This document shows, piece after piece, positions 52,924 through 63,368 of a stretch of DNA of 64,000 nucleotides (position 1 is the stretch's first letter; each line of letters opens with the position of its first letter). The position numbers were made by a program, and so were the translations under genes. Under the pieces are notes generated by a model. That model did no database searches. It had not been told where the DNA came from and saw nothing but the letters and a program-made list of their open reading frames with translations. This DNA is from Trueperaceae bacterium (GTDB taxonomy: Bacteria; Deinococcota; Deinococci; Deinococcales; Trueperaceae). The stretch is taken from the NCBI GenBank assembly GCA_965214405.1, contig OZ243956.1, forward strand, positions 3,232,001 to 3,296,000. Reading direction: 5' to 3'.

Positions 52924-54727
52924 CTAACGACTCCTCCAACTGCTGACGCCGGTTGATGTCAGCGTACCAGCCGTCCACCGCGATGAGGTCGTCGTGGTCG
53001 CCCTCCTCGATAATCCGGCCGTTTTCCAAAACCAAGATACGGTCCACGTCGCTAAAGGCCGAGACGCGGTGCGCCACGATGAGCGTCGTGCGGTCCTCGG
53101 CGACCTCGCGCAGGCCTTCTAAAATGCGCGCTTCGGTTTGCGTGTCTACGGCTGAAAGCGCGTCGTCCAGAATAAGAATCTCGGGGTCGCGGATGATGGC
53201 CCGCGCCATCGCGGTGCGCTGGCGCTGCCCGCCCGACAGGGTCACGCCGCGCTCGCCCAGCGAGGTGTCGTAGCCCTCGGGAAAGTCCTCGACGTCGCCG
53301 GAGAGTTGCACGAGGTCGGCGACGCGCTTGACTTTGGCTTGAATCCGCTCCGGGTCGTCCTCCGGAATGCCGTAGGCGATATTTTCGGCGATGGTGTCCG
53401 AAAAAAGAAAAGGCTCCTGGGGCACCAGCCCGATGCTGCCGCGCAGGACCGACAGCGGATACTTGCGGATGTCCACGCCGTCAATTAAGACGGTGCCCTC
53501 GGTGGGCTCGACGAGGCGGGTAACGAGGTTCACAATCATCGTCTTGCCCGAGCCCGTGCGCCCGGTGATGCCGATTTTCTCGCCCGCGCGAACCCGGAAT
53601 GAGACGTTGTCGAGCGCGGTAAAATCGTCAAACTTCAACGTCACGTTCTTAAATTCAATGTCGCCCCGCACCGTCGTCAGGCTGTGGTCGGTCATCTCGT
53701 TGTCGATGATGCTGGGCGTCTCGTTGAAAATCTCCTTGAGGCGGTCCCAAGAGCCGTAGCCGCGCTGGGTGATGTTGGCGATCCAGCCAAAAGCCAGCAT
53801 CGGCCACTGGATGAGTTGAAAAAGAAGCACGAACGCGACGAACTCGCCGATGGTGAGGCTGCTGGAACCGCTCAACACGAAGCGACCGCCGATCAGCAGC
53901 AAGAGCGAGATGCCCACGCCGAAAAGAAGCTCCATGAGCGGGAAGAGCGGGCCGTCCACCTTGGTCAAGGACATGTTGCGGCGGATAAACTCGTTGTTGA
54001 GCCCTTCAAAGGTCGCCATCTCGCGGTTCTCGATGCCGAAGCCCTTGACCACCCGGATACCTGAAAAGTTCTCTTGCGCCATCGCCGAAAAGGACGAGAA
54101 CTGTTCCTGGACGCTCGAGTACCGCTTATACACGAGCCGCAGAAGCACAAAAAAGCTGGCGGTAATAATGGGCACCATCAGCAGCGTGAGCAGCGTGAGC
54201 TGGACGTTGAGCAAAAACATCTGCACGAGCGCGAACCCAAGTGTAAGCAGCGTGTTTGTGCCTTGAAACACACCCACGCCGATAAACTGCCGCACGGCGC
54301 TCAAATCCGCAGTGAGCCGCGTCATGAGGTCGCCGCCGCGGTGGTTGTCGTAATAGTCCGCGCCGAGTTTGGTGAAGTGCTCGAAGAGGTCGTGCCGCAT
54401 GTCGAATTGGATTTCCCAACTCGCGTCGAGCATGGTGCGGCGCACGATAATCATGCTCCCCGCGCTCACGCCGATGATGGCGACGAGGCCCAGCACGTAC
54501 CACCAGAGGCTGACGGGCGTGCCGATGTCGGCTTGAAAGATAGACAGGGGCCGCCCGAGCCACCGCATCGTCATGACGCCGTTGGTAAACGCGTCAAACG
54601 CGCTGCCCGTAATTCTCGGAACGAGGGTAGCGGTAAAGCTCGTGAGCACGAGCATCGCCATGCCGGTCAGGAACTGTTTGGGGTAGCGCCTAATGTAAGC
54701 GTAGAGTTCGCGGGTGTTTTGAAGCAC
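52913..54727 (-). CDS. ABC exporter half-transporter (heterodimer partner, TmrAB-like)
   Basis: GRTGSGKT, LSGGQRQR, ILDDALSAVD (degenerate Walker B). Confidence 0.92.
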   Translation of the reverse strand: MLQNTRELYAYIRRYPKQFLTGMAMLVLTSFTATLVPRITGSAFDAFTNGVMTMRWLGRPLSIFQADIGTPVSLWWYVLGLVAIIGVSAGSMIIVRRTMLDASWEIQFDMRHDLFEHFTKLGADYYDNHRGGDLMTRLTADLSAVRQFIGVGVFQGTNTLLTLGFALVQMFLLNVQLTLLTLLMVPIITASFFVLLRLVYKRYSSVQEQFSSFSAMAQENFSGIRVVKGFGIENREMATFEGLNNEFIRRNMSLTKVDGPLFPLMELLFGVGISLLLLIGGRFVLSGSSSLTIGEFVAFVLLFQLIQWPMLAFGWIANITQRGYGSWDRLKEIFNETPSIIDNEMTDHSLTTVRGDIEFKNVTLKFDDFTALDNVSFRVRAGEKIGITGRTGSGKTMIVNLVTRLVEPTEGTVLIDGVDIRKYPLSVLRGSIGLVPQEPFLFSDTIAENIAYGIPEDDPERIQAKVKRVADLVQLSGDVEDFPEGYDTSLGERGVTLSGGQRQRTAMARAIIRDPEILILDDALSAVDTQTEARILEGLREVAEDRTTLIVAHRVSAFSDVDRILVLENGRIIEEGDHDDLIAVDGWYADINRRQQLEESLDAA

Positions 54728-55014
54728 GGTTCCTCCAACTGAAGCAAACGCGATGCTATCACGGTCGCAGGAGCGACAAAGGCCGGTTGGCTACACCTTG
54801 GTGGTGGTGTGTTGCGGTTGTTTACGGGTGTCTTCTTGCTGCTTACGATAGTTTTTTTGAAATAGGTTTTGCAGTAGTTTATGAGAGCCCTGTTTGTTTG
54901 CGGATGTTGTTTCGCCTTGCCCTGATTGCCTCGACGCTTTCCGGCGGTTCGCGGTCCCTCTCAGGTCTTACGTGAGAGGCGGGTAGAGATGAGGTGAGAC
55001 CGCGCAGACCGAGA

Positions 55015-55043
55015 AGCTTAGCACGCGCTTTTGCCGAGGTCAA
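55015..55043 (-). promoter_or_regulatory. Sigma70-type promoter for the ABC exporter, implying a ~280-nt leader
   Basis: TTGACC-N17-TAAGCT on the minus strand. Confidence 0.65.
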
Positions 55044-56819
55044 CTATGGATTGGTCTGGACTCGAGCGTACTCGATGTTGTTCAGGTAGAGCACAAAGGT
55101 GATGGGGCCGTATTCGGTGGTGAGCCAGGTGTTTTCAAGCGTTTCCCCCCCGGAAACGCGCGCGCCCCCGACCACCTCCCTCTTGCCGCTCACATAATGC
55201 GCCTCGACGCGGGCGGTTGCAGTGGGCACGTTGGCCTCGATGGGGAAGCGGTACGCCGCCCGGCGCAGCTCGAGCGCCCGCCTCTCCACTTGCACGTCGG
55301 GCCGGAAAAGTCCGGGCTGATTGAGCGTCAGCTCGAGCGCGCCACCGGTTAGCGGCGCGTCTGGCGCGGGCGTCTGGCTCACCACGCCTTTGGGCAAATT
55401 CACCTCGTCGATGAGGGTAAAGCCAAGGGAAGCTCTGGGAGTTTCCTGCGCCGTTTTTTCGGCGTTGGCCCGCGTCATCCCGATGAGGTCGGGGGCGCGG
55501 GGGGCGTTTGTGCCTGCGTCGGGAGCGCCTGCAACGAGGAGTCTCAAGGTCGCGGTCTCGAGCGGCGTCTCTAAGTAGGGCGTGAGGTTTTGACCCAGCA
55601 CGGTGCCGGGGGGGGCTTCCGTCCCGCCTTCTAACCCATCTTCTAACCAAGTCCTTTCAATGCGGTCTTCGCTAAAACCTGCGGCGCGCGCGAGGGTGAG
55701 GGCTTCTGTAAGGGGCTCCCCCCGCAGGTCGGGCACGAAGGTCGTCTCGCCCTGGGGACCCTCGCTCACGAGGAGCGACAGGGCGCTTCCTGCCGGGGCG
55801 CTGCCGGGGGGCAGCGACTGCGCGACGATAAGCCCCCGCGCTTCCGCGCCCGGCACGTGCGCCACGCGATCAAAGGTAAGCCCCGCGGCCTCGAGCGACG
55901 CGCGCAGCGAGCCCTCAAAAGGTCGGCCGCGCAAATCCGGCACCTCCACCTGAGGCCGTTGTCCCGGCGGCAGGGCGTAACGGAGGCGGGCGGTGCGGCC
56001 CCTGCGAAGCCGCGCTCCGGGAGGGGGCTCTACATCCACAACGGTGCCCGCTGAGGCGTTTGCCGCCTTCGCTCCTCCTGTCACGCCGTCCAATCCCTGC
56101 GTCACGCTCTCCTCTACGCTCGAGCCAACCGGCTCGCTTTCAACTGTTAAACCCTGAGCGTAGAGGAGAGCGGCGGCGGCGTTGACGTCGGTGCCCAGCA
56201 CATCCGGCATGACCACCACACGTGTGTTGGTGCGTAGACTCAGGCTTGCGACGAGCAAGAGGAGCCCGAGACCGGTAAACACGAGGCCGGGCACCCACGG
56301 GAGCAGCCAGCGGGGCGGGTGAACACCACCCGCCTTCGAGGCTTCTGCCCAAGTCGACATGGGTGAGCGCCACCAGGGCTGTGGTGCGGTCGGCGCCACG
56401 GGCGCGCGATAGGCGGGCGTTTCCGCAGAAGCGCCTTCAAAAGCGAGGCTGTATAGTCTGGGTCTGTCCCCTTCGTTAACGAGTTCCGCGTCTCCCAGGG
56501 TATAGCCGTGGGGCTCGAGCAGCGCGCGAACGGCTGCGCGCTCCCTGTCGCCCGGCGGACGCGCGTCCGCCGGGGGCGTCTGCCAGGCGACGTAGTGCGC
56601 GCCCGGTCTCGAGACGAGGTCGTAAATGGCCGCGTATCCCTCGCGCCGGAGTGTGCGCAACAGCTTACGGTAGCGTTCGAAAGGCGCTTCTTGATGGGGC
56701 TCGAGCTCGAACCACACCACCCGCACCGCCGCCCCGTCTGGCGCGGTGGCCTCAAAAAGCGTCCGCTGCGCGTCCAGCGGACGCTGCGCCATCACCTCGT
56801 AGGTGCCGTCGAGTAACAC
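55044..56819 (-). CDS. PASTA-domain membrane protein
   Basis: One TM segment followed by MPDVLG, VPDLRG (x2) and APDLIG repeats with QxP.PG motifs. Confidence 0.85.
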   Translation of the reverse strand: MLLDGTYEVMAQRPLDAQRTLFEATAPDGAAVRVVWFELEPHQEAPFERYRKLLRTLRREGYAAIYDLVSRPGAHYVAWQTPPADARPPGDRERAAVRALLEPHGYTLGDAELVNEGDRPRLYSLAFEGASAETPAYRAPVAPTAPQPWWRSPMSTWAEASKAGGVHPPRWLLPWVPGLVFTGLGLLLLVASLSLRTNTRVVVMPDVLGTDVNAAAALLYAQGLTVESEPVGSSVEESVTQGLDGVTGGAKAANASAGTVVDVEPPPGARLRRGRTARLRYALPPGQRPQVEVPDLRGRPFEGSLRASLEAAGLTFDRVAHVPGAEARGLIVAQSLPPGSAPAGSALSLLVSEGPQGETTFVPDLRGEPLTEALTLARAAGFSEDRIERTWLEDGLEGGTEAPPGTVLGQNLTPYLETPLETATLRLLVAGAPDAGTNAPRAPDLIGMTRANAEKTAQETPRASLGFTLIDEVNLPKGVVSQTPAPDAPLTGGALELTLNQPGLFRPDVQVERRALELRRAAYRFPIEANVPTATARVEAHYVSGKREVVGGARVSGGETLENTWLTTEYGPITFVLYLNNIEYARVQTNP

Positions 56820-57188
56820 CTGCTACCGGGTTTGCCCGTGGTCAAGTTTGGTCACATCATTAGTTTAAGATACAAGCTTACGTGAGATGTTTCAAACAGT
56901 ACACGCCTGACCAGGCTTTTATCATGAGCATCATAAAGAAGCTATAGCACGCGTTTCTGCTTTTCTAAAGACGAACGTACCGGGTACCGGGTTCAGAGTG
57001 TTCATCCGGTACTTTCCACTCGGCACTCGGTACTCACGTCTCTGAACGCTCCCGAAGAGACGTGATAAAGCCTGATGCCTGACGCCCTACATACGGACGC
57101 TCTACCCAAATAGGCGGGGGCGCTGAAACGTTCTTTTCGTCTGCTTTCGTCTGCGCGTGACTTTCGCCCGTAGCCACGCTTCGTCCCG

Positions 57189-57920
57189 CTAGCCCTGCGC
57201 CTGGATGTGCGCCGTCTCCCGGTGCTCCGCCGTTTTCTCGAGCCCGCGCAGCCACGACAAATCAAGAATGCTAAAGACCACTTTCGAAAAAAACGGGAGC
57301 ACAACGAACAGTAGCGTGTCCGTTGTCTGGTTGAGCAGTCCTAATCCGGACGGACCCAGAAGCCATACCGTAGGGTAGCCGAGCCACAGCACGCTCAGGT
57401 AGAGAGCAAGTTTGCTGTAGATACCCGACAAACGCGCGCCTTGTCCGGCGGCGACGCGGCGCAACGGACCCCAGATCACCCACAAAACCACGACCAGCGC
57501 GGCGCAGCCAAGCAGGTACCAGGTAAACCGGACGGTAGGTCTCGTTGAAAGGTCGGCAACCAGTCCACAGAGGATCATCACCACGTCCGCGCCGACGAGC
57601 CCGGCCAGCAGGGTAACGCGTCGCTCGCTCTTGGGAATATAAAACATCGCGGTTAGGCCCAGAGCCAAAAGGAGAAGCGGCGTCGTGACCGCCCAGTCGA
57701 TATAGCGCGCGTAATGCGTTGTTTGCCCGGCAACGGCGAGTTTGCCCTGACCAAACGCCATCGCCGTATAGGCCAACCCCGACCAGACGGGTATAAACAT
57801 GGCGATGATGTACTCGTAGCGCGGCACGCCCCTCGGTTCACGGCTCCAAAACCAAAAGAGCAGCACGCCCGCTCCCATACCTGCAACATAAAGCCAGTGC
57901 AGTAAACTCTGTGTGTCCAT
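57189..57920 (-). CDS. Microbial rhodopsin, xenorhodopsin / Anabaena-sensory-rhodopsin type
   Basis: 7 TM helices. RYIDWAVTTPLLLLA (D-T-A), YP.VW.LGPSG, LPFFSK (retinal Lys, Pro in place of BR Asp212), LDL. Confidence 0.92.
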   Translation of the reverse strand: MDTQSLLHWLYVAGMGAGVLLFWFWSREPRGVPRYEYIIAMFIPVWSGLAYTAMAFGQGKLAVAGQTTHYARYIDWAVTTPLLLLALGLTAMFYIPKSERRVTLLAGLVGADVVMILCGLVADLSTRPTVRFTWYLLGCAALVVVLWVIWGPLRRVAAGQGARLSGIYSKLALYLSVLWLGYPTVWLLGPSGLGLLNQTTDTLLFVVLPFFSKVVFSILDLSWLRGLEKTAEHRETAHIQAQG

Positions 57921-58203
57921 CTCGAGACCCCCTAGCCGCTGAGTTGCTTTGAGCAACGATGCGTTTATAAAACATTTCTAACAGCGTGGAGCGTAGCATG
58001 ATGCTGCGCCTAAAAAACCGGTTTGTGCTACCCAGTCGCCTTATTCGTCGTTACTTGCCATCCTAATTTACTCTGGCCAATCCTCTGTAGCAACCCCTCA
58101 ATCCCCTCGGCGGTATACCAAAAACACGTTCATGCAGGGCGGTCAATCTATCTTACGCGCGCTCGCAAGCCGCTCTCGGCAGCGTTTATGTGCCTCTGCA
58201 ATG

Positions 58204-58230
58204 AAAAAAGCGCGGACTGAGCCGCGCTTT
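58204..58230. terminator. Intrinsic terminator of ftsH
   Basis: AAAAAAGCGCGG-ACTGAG-CCGCGCTTT. Confidence 0.75.
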
Positions 58231-58250
58231 ACTTGCTCCTTATGGAGTCT

Positions 58251-60248
58251 TTAGCTACCCGACCCCTCGGGTGTAGGCCGCGGGTCGATGGGCGGGGTGG
58301 GGCGTCCCGAATCGCTCACGCGGCGGCGGGGGGTTTCGGGTTCGGGCGCGCGCCGCGCGGCCTCCTCGAGCCGTTTTTCGGCGGCGTCGGCCTCACCCAG
58401 GATCCAGCGGGTAAGCTCTTCGGCGCTCGCGCCGTTTTGGGACCTCTCAAACGCCTCCTGGATGAGCGTGCCGTCCAGCGTCTCGCGCTGTAAAAGCGCT
58501 TCGGCCACGCCCACGACCGCGGTCCAGTTCTCGTCCATCACCCGCTCGGTGGTTTCGTACGCGCTTTTGAGGATGCTTTGGACCTGCTCTTCTAGCTCTC
58601 GAGCGGTTTCTTCCGAGAAGTCTTTGCGGCGGCTTATCTCGCCGCCCAAAAAGACTGGGCCTTGGTCGGAGCCCCACGCCACGTACTCCTCGCCGCCCAT
58701 GCCTAAGTCGAACACCATCTGCTTGGCGATGTCGGTCGCCTGCTTGAGGTCGTTCGATGCGCCCGACGAGATGGTGCCGGTGAGCTTTTTCTCCGCGGCC
58801 CGCCCGCCAAAGGCGACCACGAGCTGTTGCTTAAAGCGGTCCACGTCGAAAAACATCTCTTCTTTGGCTAAGGGAGCCATAAAGCCGCCCGCGCCGCCAC
58901 GCGGCATGATGGTCACCTTGCGGATGTGACCCAAATCGGGCTGCGACGCGAAGGCGACCGCGTGACCTGACTCGTGAAAGGCCAGAATGCGCCGCTCTTT
59001 CTCGCTCGGCACCAACGACGAGCGCCGCAACCCCAGCACGATGCGGTCTAACGCGTCGTTAAAGTCGGCCCAGGAAATGATCTGCTTGCCGCCCCGCGCC
59101 GCCACAAGCGCCGCCTCGTTGGTGAGGTTTTCTAGGTCGGCCCCCGAGAACATCGGCGTGGCACCGGCGAGACGCCCTAAGTTGACATCGTTGGCGACGG
59201 GCTTGTTGCGCACGTGGACGCGCAAGATGTCCTCGCGCTCGCTCTGCGTGGGCAAGCCGATCGTCACTTGCCGGTCGAAGCGACCGGGGCGCAAGAGCGC
59301 CGGGTCTAGGATGTCCGGGCGGTTCGTCGCGGCGATGATGATGACCGAGGTGTCTTTTTCAAAGCCGTCCATCTCGCTCAAGATCTGGTTGAGCGTCTGC
59401 TCGCGCTCGTCGTGCCCGCCGCCGATACCCGCGCCGCGCCGCCGCCCGATGGAGTCGAGCTCGTCAATAAAGATGATGGCGGGCGCTGTTTTGCGCGCCT
59501 CTTCAAACAGGTTGCGAACCCTCGAGGCCCCCACGCCCACAAACATCTCCATAAACTCGGACGCGCTCACGGTCAAAAAGGGCACGCCCGCCTCGCCCGC
59601 GACCGCGCGCGCCAAGAGCGTTTTACCCGTGCCGGGAGGCCCCACCAGGAGCACGCCCTTGGGGATTTCCGCGCCGATGCGCAGGTACTTCTGCGGGCTC
59701 TTTAAGAAGTCGACCACTTCGATAAGTTCTTCTTTGGCCTCTTTGTGACCCGCCACGTCCTCAAAACTCGTTTTGACCTTGTTCTCGCGCCCGTAGGTTT
59801 TGGCCTTGGACTGGCCGAACTGCATCACCTGGCTCGGGCCGCCTTGAGCGCGCATAAAGATAAACCAGAAAAAGCCGATAAGGATAATGATGGGCAAGAA
59901 CGAAATGGCGAAGTCGAGCCACCTCGAGGGATTACGAACCGCCACGTCCGGCACGTCCGTTTCGAGGCGCTCGATGAGCGAGTCCGTGATGACCGCCGTG
60001 GTCGTAAAGTTCCTGATGGGTTGCAGCTCGCCGTCCACCGCGACCTGGGTTTCCGCGGTGAGCTCGCCCGAAATCGCGCCGCTCGAGCGCTCGAGCACCG
60101 CCGACGCCACCTTGCCCTCGTCGACGAGTTTGACAAAGGTCGAGTAGTCGATATCTCGACTCGGCGCGCCGAACCTGAACTGGTTGAAAACGAAAATGCC
60201 CAACACGATGAGCATCACGAGTAACCAGGGATTGAATGATCGTTTCAA
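58251..60248 (-). CDS. ftsH: ATP-dependent zinc metalloprotease FtsH
   Basis: 2 TM segments, [28 protein letters not shown] start after AAGGAGG. Confidence 0.96.
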   Translation of the reverse strand: MKRSFNPWLLVMLIVLGIFVFNQFRFGAPSRDIDYSTFVKLVDEGKVASAVLERSSGAISGELTAETQVAVDGELQPIRNFTTTAVITDSLIERLETDVPDVAVRNPSRWLDFAISFLPIIILIGFFWFIFMRAQGGPSQVMQFGQSKAKTYGRENKVKTSFEDVAGHKEAKEELIEVVDFLKSPQKYLRIGAEIPKGVLLVGPPGTGKTLLARAVAGEAGVPFLTVSASEFMEMFVGVGASRVRNLFEEARKTAPAIIFIDELDSIGRRRGAGIGGGHDEREQTLNQILSEMDGFEKDTSVIIIAATNRPDILDPALLRPGRFDRQVTIGLPTQSEREDILRVHVRNKPVANDVNLGRLAGATPMFSGADLENLTNEAALVAARGGKQIISWADFNDALDRIVLGLRRSSLVPSEKERRILAFHESGHAVAFASQPDLGHIRKVTIMPRGGAGGFMAPLAKEEMFFDVDRFKQQLVVAFGGRAAEKKLTGTISSGASNDLKQATDIAKQMVFDLGMGGEEYVAWGSDQGPVFLGGEISRRKDFSEETARELEEQVQSILKSAYETTERVMDENWTAVVGVAEALLQRETLDGTLIQEAFERSQNGASAEELTRWILGEADAAEKRLEEAARRAPEPETPRRRVSDSGRPTPPIDPRPTPEGSGS

Positions 60249-60716
60249 CAGAGCCTCCTTGCGGCGTTCTCGCCGCACGCTGTGCTGCCCTTACGCCGTC
60301 AAACGAAGCAGCTAAGAGCCTTGAGTAACGCACATAGTAGCATTTTCAAAAGAACGCACGCTGTAAGCTAACGGACCAAACCTCGCACCTGAACCGGCGC
60401 GCTGGGGGGTGATGAAGATGACGGGTGCGCGGAGGGGCTCGAGCCCCTCCCACTCGCACACCTTAGCTTTTGCAAATCCTCGTTTTGCGGATGTTCCCGT
60501 CGGTGATGAATGAGTGACGTCCCTGTTGATGATGAATGAGTTATGAACACCAAATTCAGATACCAAAGTCATGGGCGTCAATTTACGAGTGTCGGTAGCG
60601 ACCTTCCGCGGGAGGTGTAAGGAGGTAGCAGCGCTGACGTCTTCCAGATCTTCATTCTTTGTAGATTCTTTGTGGGCGAGAGCACTCAACCGCCTCTTAT
60701 GGGTTAAGATGCTCTT

Positions 60717-61937
60717 ATGGACTGGTTAAGACGCAATTGGCCCGACCTTATTATTGGGGTTGCCCTTGTCGCGGTTATCGCGGGCATCGTTGTGACGCTC
60801 CTTAGTGGCGGTTCCTTTTTGTCGCTTGGCGGGCGGGGAGACGTGAACCGTCCCCTTACCTCGCCCTCCGTTTCGCAGACGGACGCTTTGCCGCCGGACG
60901 CCTCAAATTCAGGCGCACAAGCTGGTGTTCAAGACGGCGTTCAGTCCGGTGCGAGTAACGCGGATAACAATACAGGTAGCGCAGCAGACAGCGCAGCAGA
61001 TAACATCGTGGTCGTCCCTCCGGCGGCTGATAATGAGGATGCCGAGGCAACGAACACGATCGTTCCGGTTGTTCCCGAGGGCGCAACGCCGCCTGACGCG
61101 GCACCCTCGAGCGGCGCGCAGACGGGCCAGGACGAGAGCACCCAAGGTGAAGATATTCCTATCCGTGAAGACGGCACCGTGGCAAGTAACGCGGTGCCTG
61201 CGCTTCCGCCCGGGGCAGTCGCCAGCGGGGGCGCGGACGGTTTGGTTGACGAAGCGACGCAGGGCGGCATCTACCGCGTGTCGGTCGACGCCTACGCGAG
61301 TCAGGAAAATGCCGAACGCCGAGCCGCAGACCTCCGCGGCGACGGCTACCCCGTATTCATCGGGCGGCAAGGCGACCTTTACCTGGTGCTTGTGGGACCC
61401 TATGAGTCTACCGAAAGCGCGAACAGCGCGGCGCAGCGCCTCCGCGACAGCGGCCTCAGCGCGGACGCTTACGTCGTGGTGTATAGACCGGACGAGACGG
61501 GAGCGGCTGGCGGGTTGTCCTCATCTGGCGCAACAGAATCTGGTGCAACAGAATCTGGTGCAACAGAATCTGGTGCGACCGACACATCGGGCGCGGTTAC
61601 GACAGCCGGGTCACAGGATGCCGTAACTCTCAGTGCGGACCCTAACCCGCTCCAGAACAGTGATCTGGTCGCTGACGCCTCGAGCGCCGAAGAAAACCCG
61701 GGAGCGGCTTCTGTAAACGGAGCGAACAGCCGTTATCTTCAGGTGGGCGCGTTTGCCACGAGCTCGAGCGCGGCGCCTCGAGTGACTCGCCTCGAGAGTC
61801 TTGGTTACAGCGTCACGCAAAATAGCGACGACAACGTTGTCAAACTCTTTGTGGGTCCCTTTGCCCCCGCCGAGCTTCCCGCCGCGCAGGCGCGGCTCGA
61901 CGCGCAAGGCATAGAAAATTTCCCTATCTCTCAGTGA
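60717..61937 (+). CDS. SPOR-domain cell-envelope protein (two SPOR domains, SGATE repeats)
   Basis: N-terminal TM segment; YRVSV.AY...NA / VLVGPY and LQVGAF...VGPF. Confidence 0.85.
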   Translation: MDWLRRNWPDLIIGVALVAVIAGIVVTLLSGGSFLSLGGRGDVNRPLTSPSVSQTDALPPDASNSGAQAGVQDGVQSGASNADNNTGSAADSAADNIVVVPPAADNEDAEATNTIVPVVPEGATPPDAAPSSGAQTGQDESTQGEDIPIREDGTVASNAVPALPPGAVASGGADGLVDEATQGGIYRVSVDAYASQENAERRAADLRGDGYPVFIGRQGDLYLVLVGPYESTESANSAAQRLRDSGLSADAYVVVYRPDETGAAGGLSSSGATESGATESGATESGATDTSGAVTTAGSQDAVTLSADPNPLQNSDLVADASSAEENPGAASVNGANSRYLQVGAFATSSSAAPRVTRLESLGYSVTQNSDDNVVKLFVGPFAPAELPAAQARLDAQGIENFPISQ

Positions 61938-61995
61938 CCGCCAGTAACGCTCTCGCTTCTACGTTGACGGTCTCGTCTTTGCGCCCCGTTTTTGC

Positions 61996-62640
61996 GTGAT
62001 GTCGGCGATTCCTACCGCGACCGTCAGCCGCCTCGTCACCTACTTGCGCATCCTGTCGCAGCTCGACGCGCAAGGAGTGAAAAAAACCTCTTCCGAGCAT
62101 CTGGCGGACGAGGCGCAGGTTTCTGCCTTTCAAGTGCGTAAGGACCTGGCCTACTTTGGACGCTTCGGCACGCGCGGCGCGGGGTACACCGTCCCCGTAT
62201 TGCGAGACGAGTTGCGCCGGATTCTGGGGTTGACCCGGGCTTGGAACGTAGGCGTCGTGGGTATGGGCCGTCTGGGTCAGGCCATCGCCGACTATCCCAA
62301 CTTCGACGTCTACGACTTTGTTCTTACGGGATTTTTTGACGTCGACCCCGCCAAGGTGGGACAAAACATTGCCGGACTGGAGGTGTTTCATGTAGGCGAA
62401 CTGGGGCGCGTCGTTAAGGAAAAAGGCGTCGACATCGGTTTCGTCACCGTGCCGCCCGAGGCGGCGCAGGACGCCGCGGACGCGCTTGTAAACGCGGGTG
62501 TCAAGGGTATTCTTAACTTCGCGCCCGCCGTCATCACCGTGCCAAAAGAGGTTCGCGTTGAGCCTGTGGATTTTTTAGCTGGGTTAAAGCGACTTTCGTT
62601 TTATATTCAGAGTCCACAGCTCGAGGAGGAGTTGGCATGA
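61996..62640 (+). CDS. rex: Redox-sensing transcriptional repressor Rex
   Basis: RL.TY, QVRKDL.YFG.FG.RG.GY, GMGRLG, GILNFAP. Confidence 0.96.
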   Translation: MMSAIPTATVSRLVTYLRILSQLDAQGVKKTSSEHLADEAQVSAFQVRKDLAYFGRFGTRGAGYTVPVLRDELRRILGLTRAWNVGVVGMGRLGQAIADYPNFDVYDFVLTGFFDVDPAKVGQNIAGLEVFHVGELGRVVKEKGVDIGFVTVPPEAAQDAADALVNAGVKGILNFAPAVITVPKEVRVEPVDFLAGLKRLSFYIQSPQLEEELA

Positions 62641-63233
62641 AACGAACCCTTCAACCTCACCTTTTAATTCCCCGTTTAACACCCCGTCTAACCGCTTTCC
62701 TGATGACGACTTTTCTCACCGTGGTGCTCTCAGGCTGCGGCTTCAACCTTTTTAACGGCGAAAACATTATTTTCGGGGTGAACCCGGCACCGCTTGGCTA
62801 TCAGGGTGGAGCGGACGGCGTTACCATCGAGTCGAGAACCCTCACGATGTACAGCCGCTCGGGCGCGTTGGGCGCGAACGTAGAGGGCTACCGGGTCTAC
62901 TTTTTCGACAACAACGACGAGCCTGTGCCCGTGGGCGATTCCACCGTCTATAGTGAGGGTTCCCTCGGCATCTACGTGCCCGCAGGCATCCGCTGCGCCG
63001 CGCCGGACCCCGACCGGGGCTGCACGATTCACTCCGAGGGCGCTCGCTTTGAGGAGGGCTACCGCGTGTCGTCTCAGCCCGTTCAACTGTTGCCGGGCAA
63101 CGTCGCGTTACAGCACATTGCGGCGGGGATGCCCATCGGCTGGTACGCCGAAGTCGAACTCTACGGCTCTACGGATACGGGTGCAAACTTTATTAGCAAA
63201 CGTTATCAAGTGGCTGTCACAGTACCCAATTAA
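62637..63233 (+). CDS. Hypothetical lipoprotein
   Basis: Lipobox LSGC. ATGA overlap with rex. Confidence 0.7.
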   Translation: MKRTLQPHLLIPRLTPRLTAFLMTTFLTVVLSGCGFNLFNGENIIFGVNPAPLGYQGGADGVTIESRTLTMYSRSGALGANVEGYRVYFFDNNDEPVPVGDSTVYSEGSLGIYVPAGIRCAAPDPDRGCTIHSEGARFEEGYRVSSQPVQLLPGNVALQHIAAGMPIGWYAEVELYGSTDTGANFISKRYQVAVTVPN

Positions 63234-63368
63234 CAGTACCCAATCAAGCATTTCTGTAGCTGCGAACGCGGGCTCCACAAAGAAGTCCGCTTTTCTACCC
63301 TGTTTACAGGTATTTAACATTCCCGGTGAATCAGGACATCAGAACGTATACTGGCTTCGGAGTCTCTT

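Noticed and set aside
56975..57035. Heptamer-like repeats (GTACCGG, CACTCGG; similar near 26600-26632)
   Set aside because: Too short and degenerate to support a function.
60280..60716. ncRNA or ORF (60312-60689) in the ftsH-SPOR intergenic region
   Set aside because: Only a CTCGAG-centred palindrome and a short GATGAATGAG repeat are visible. No recognisable RNA family or protein motif.
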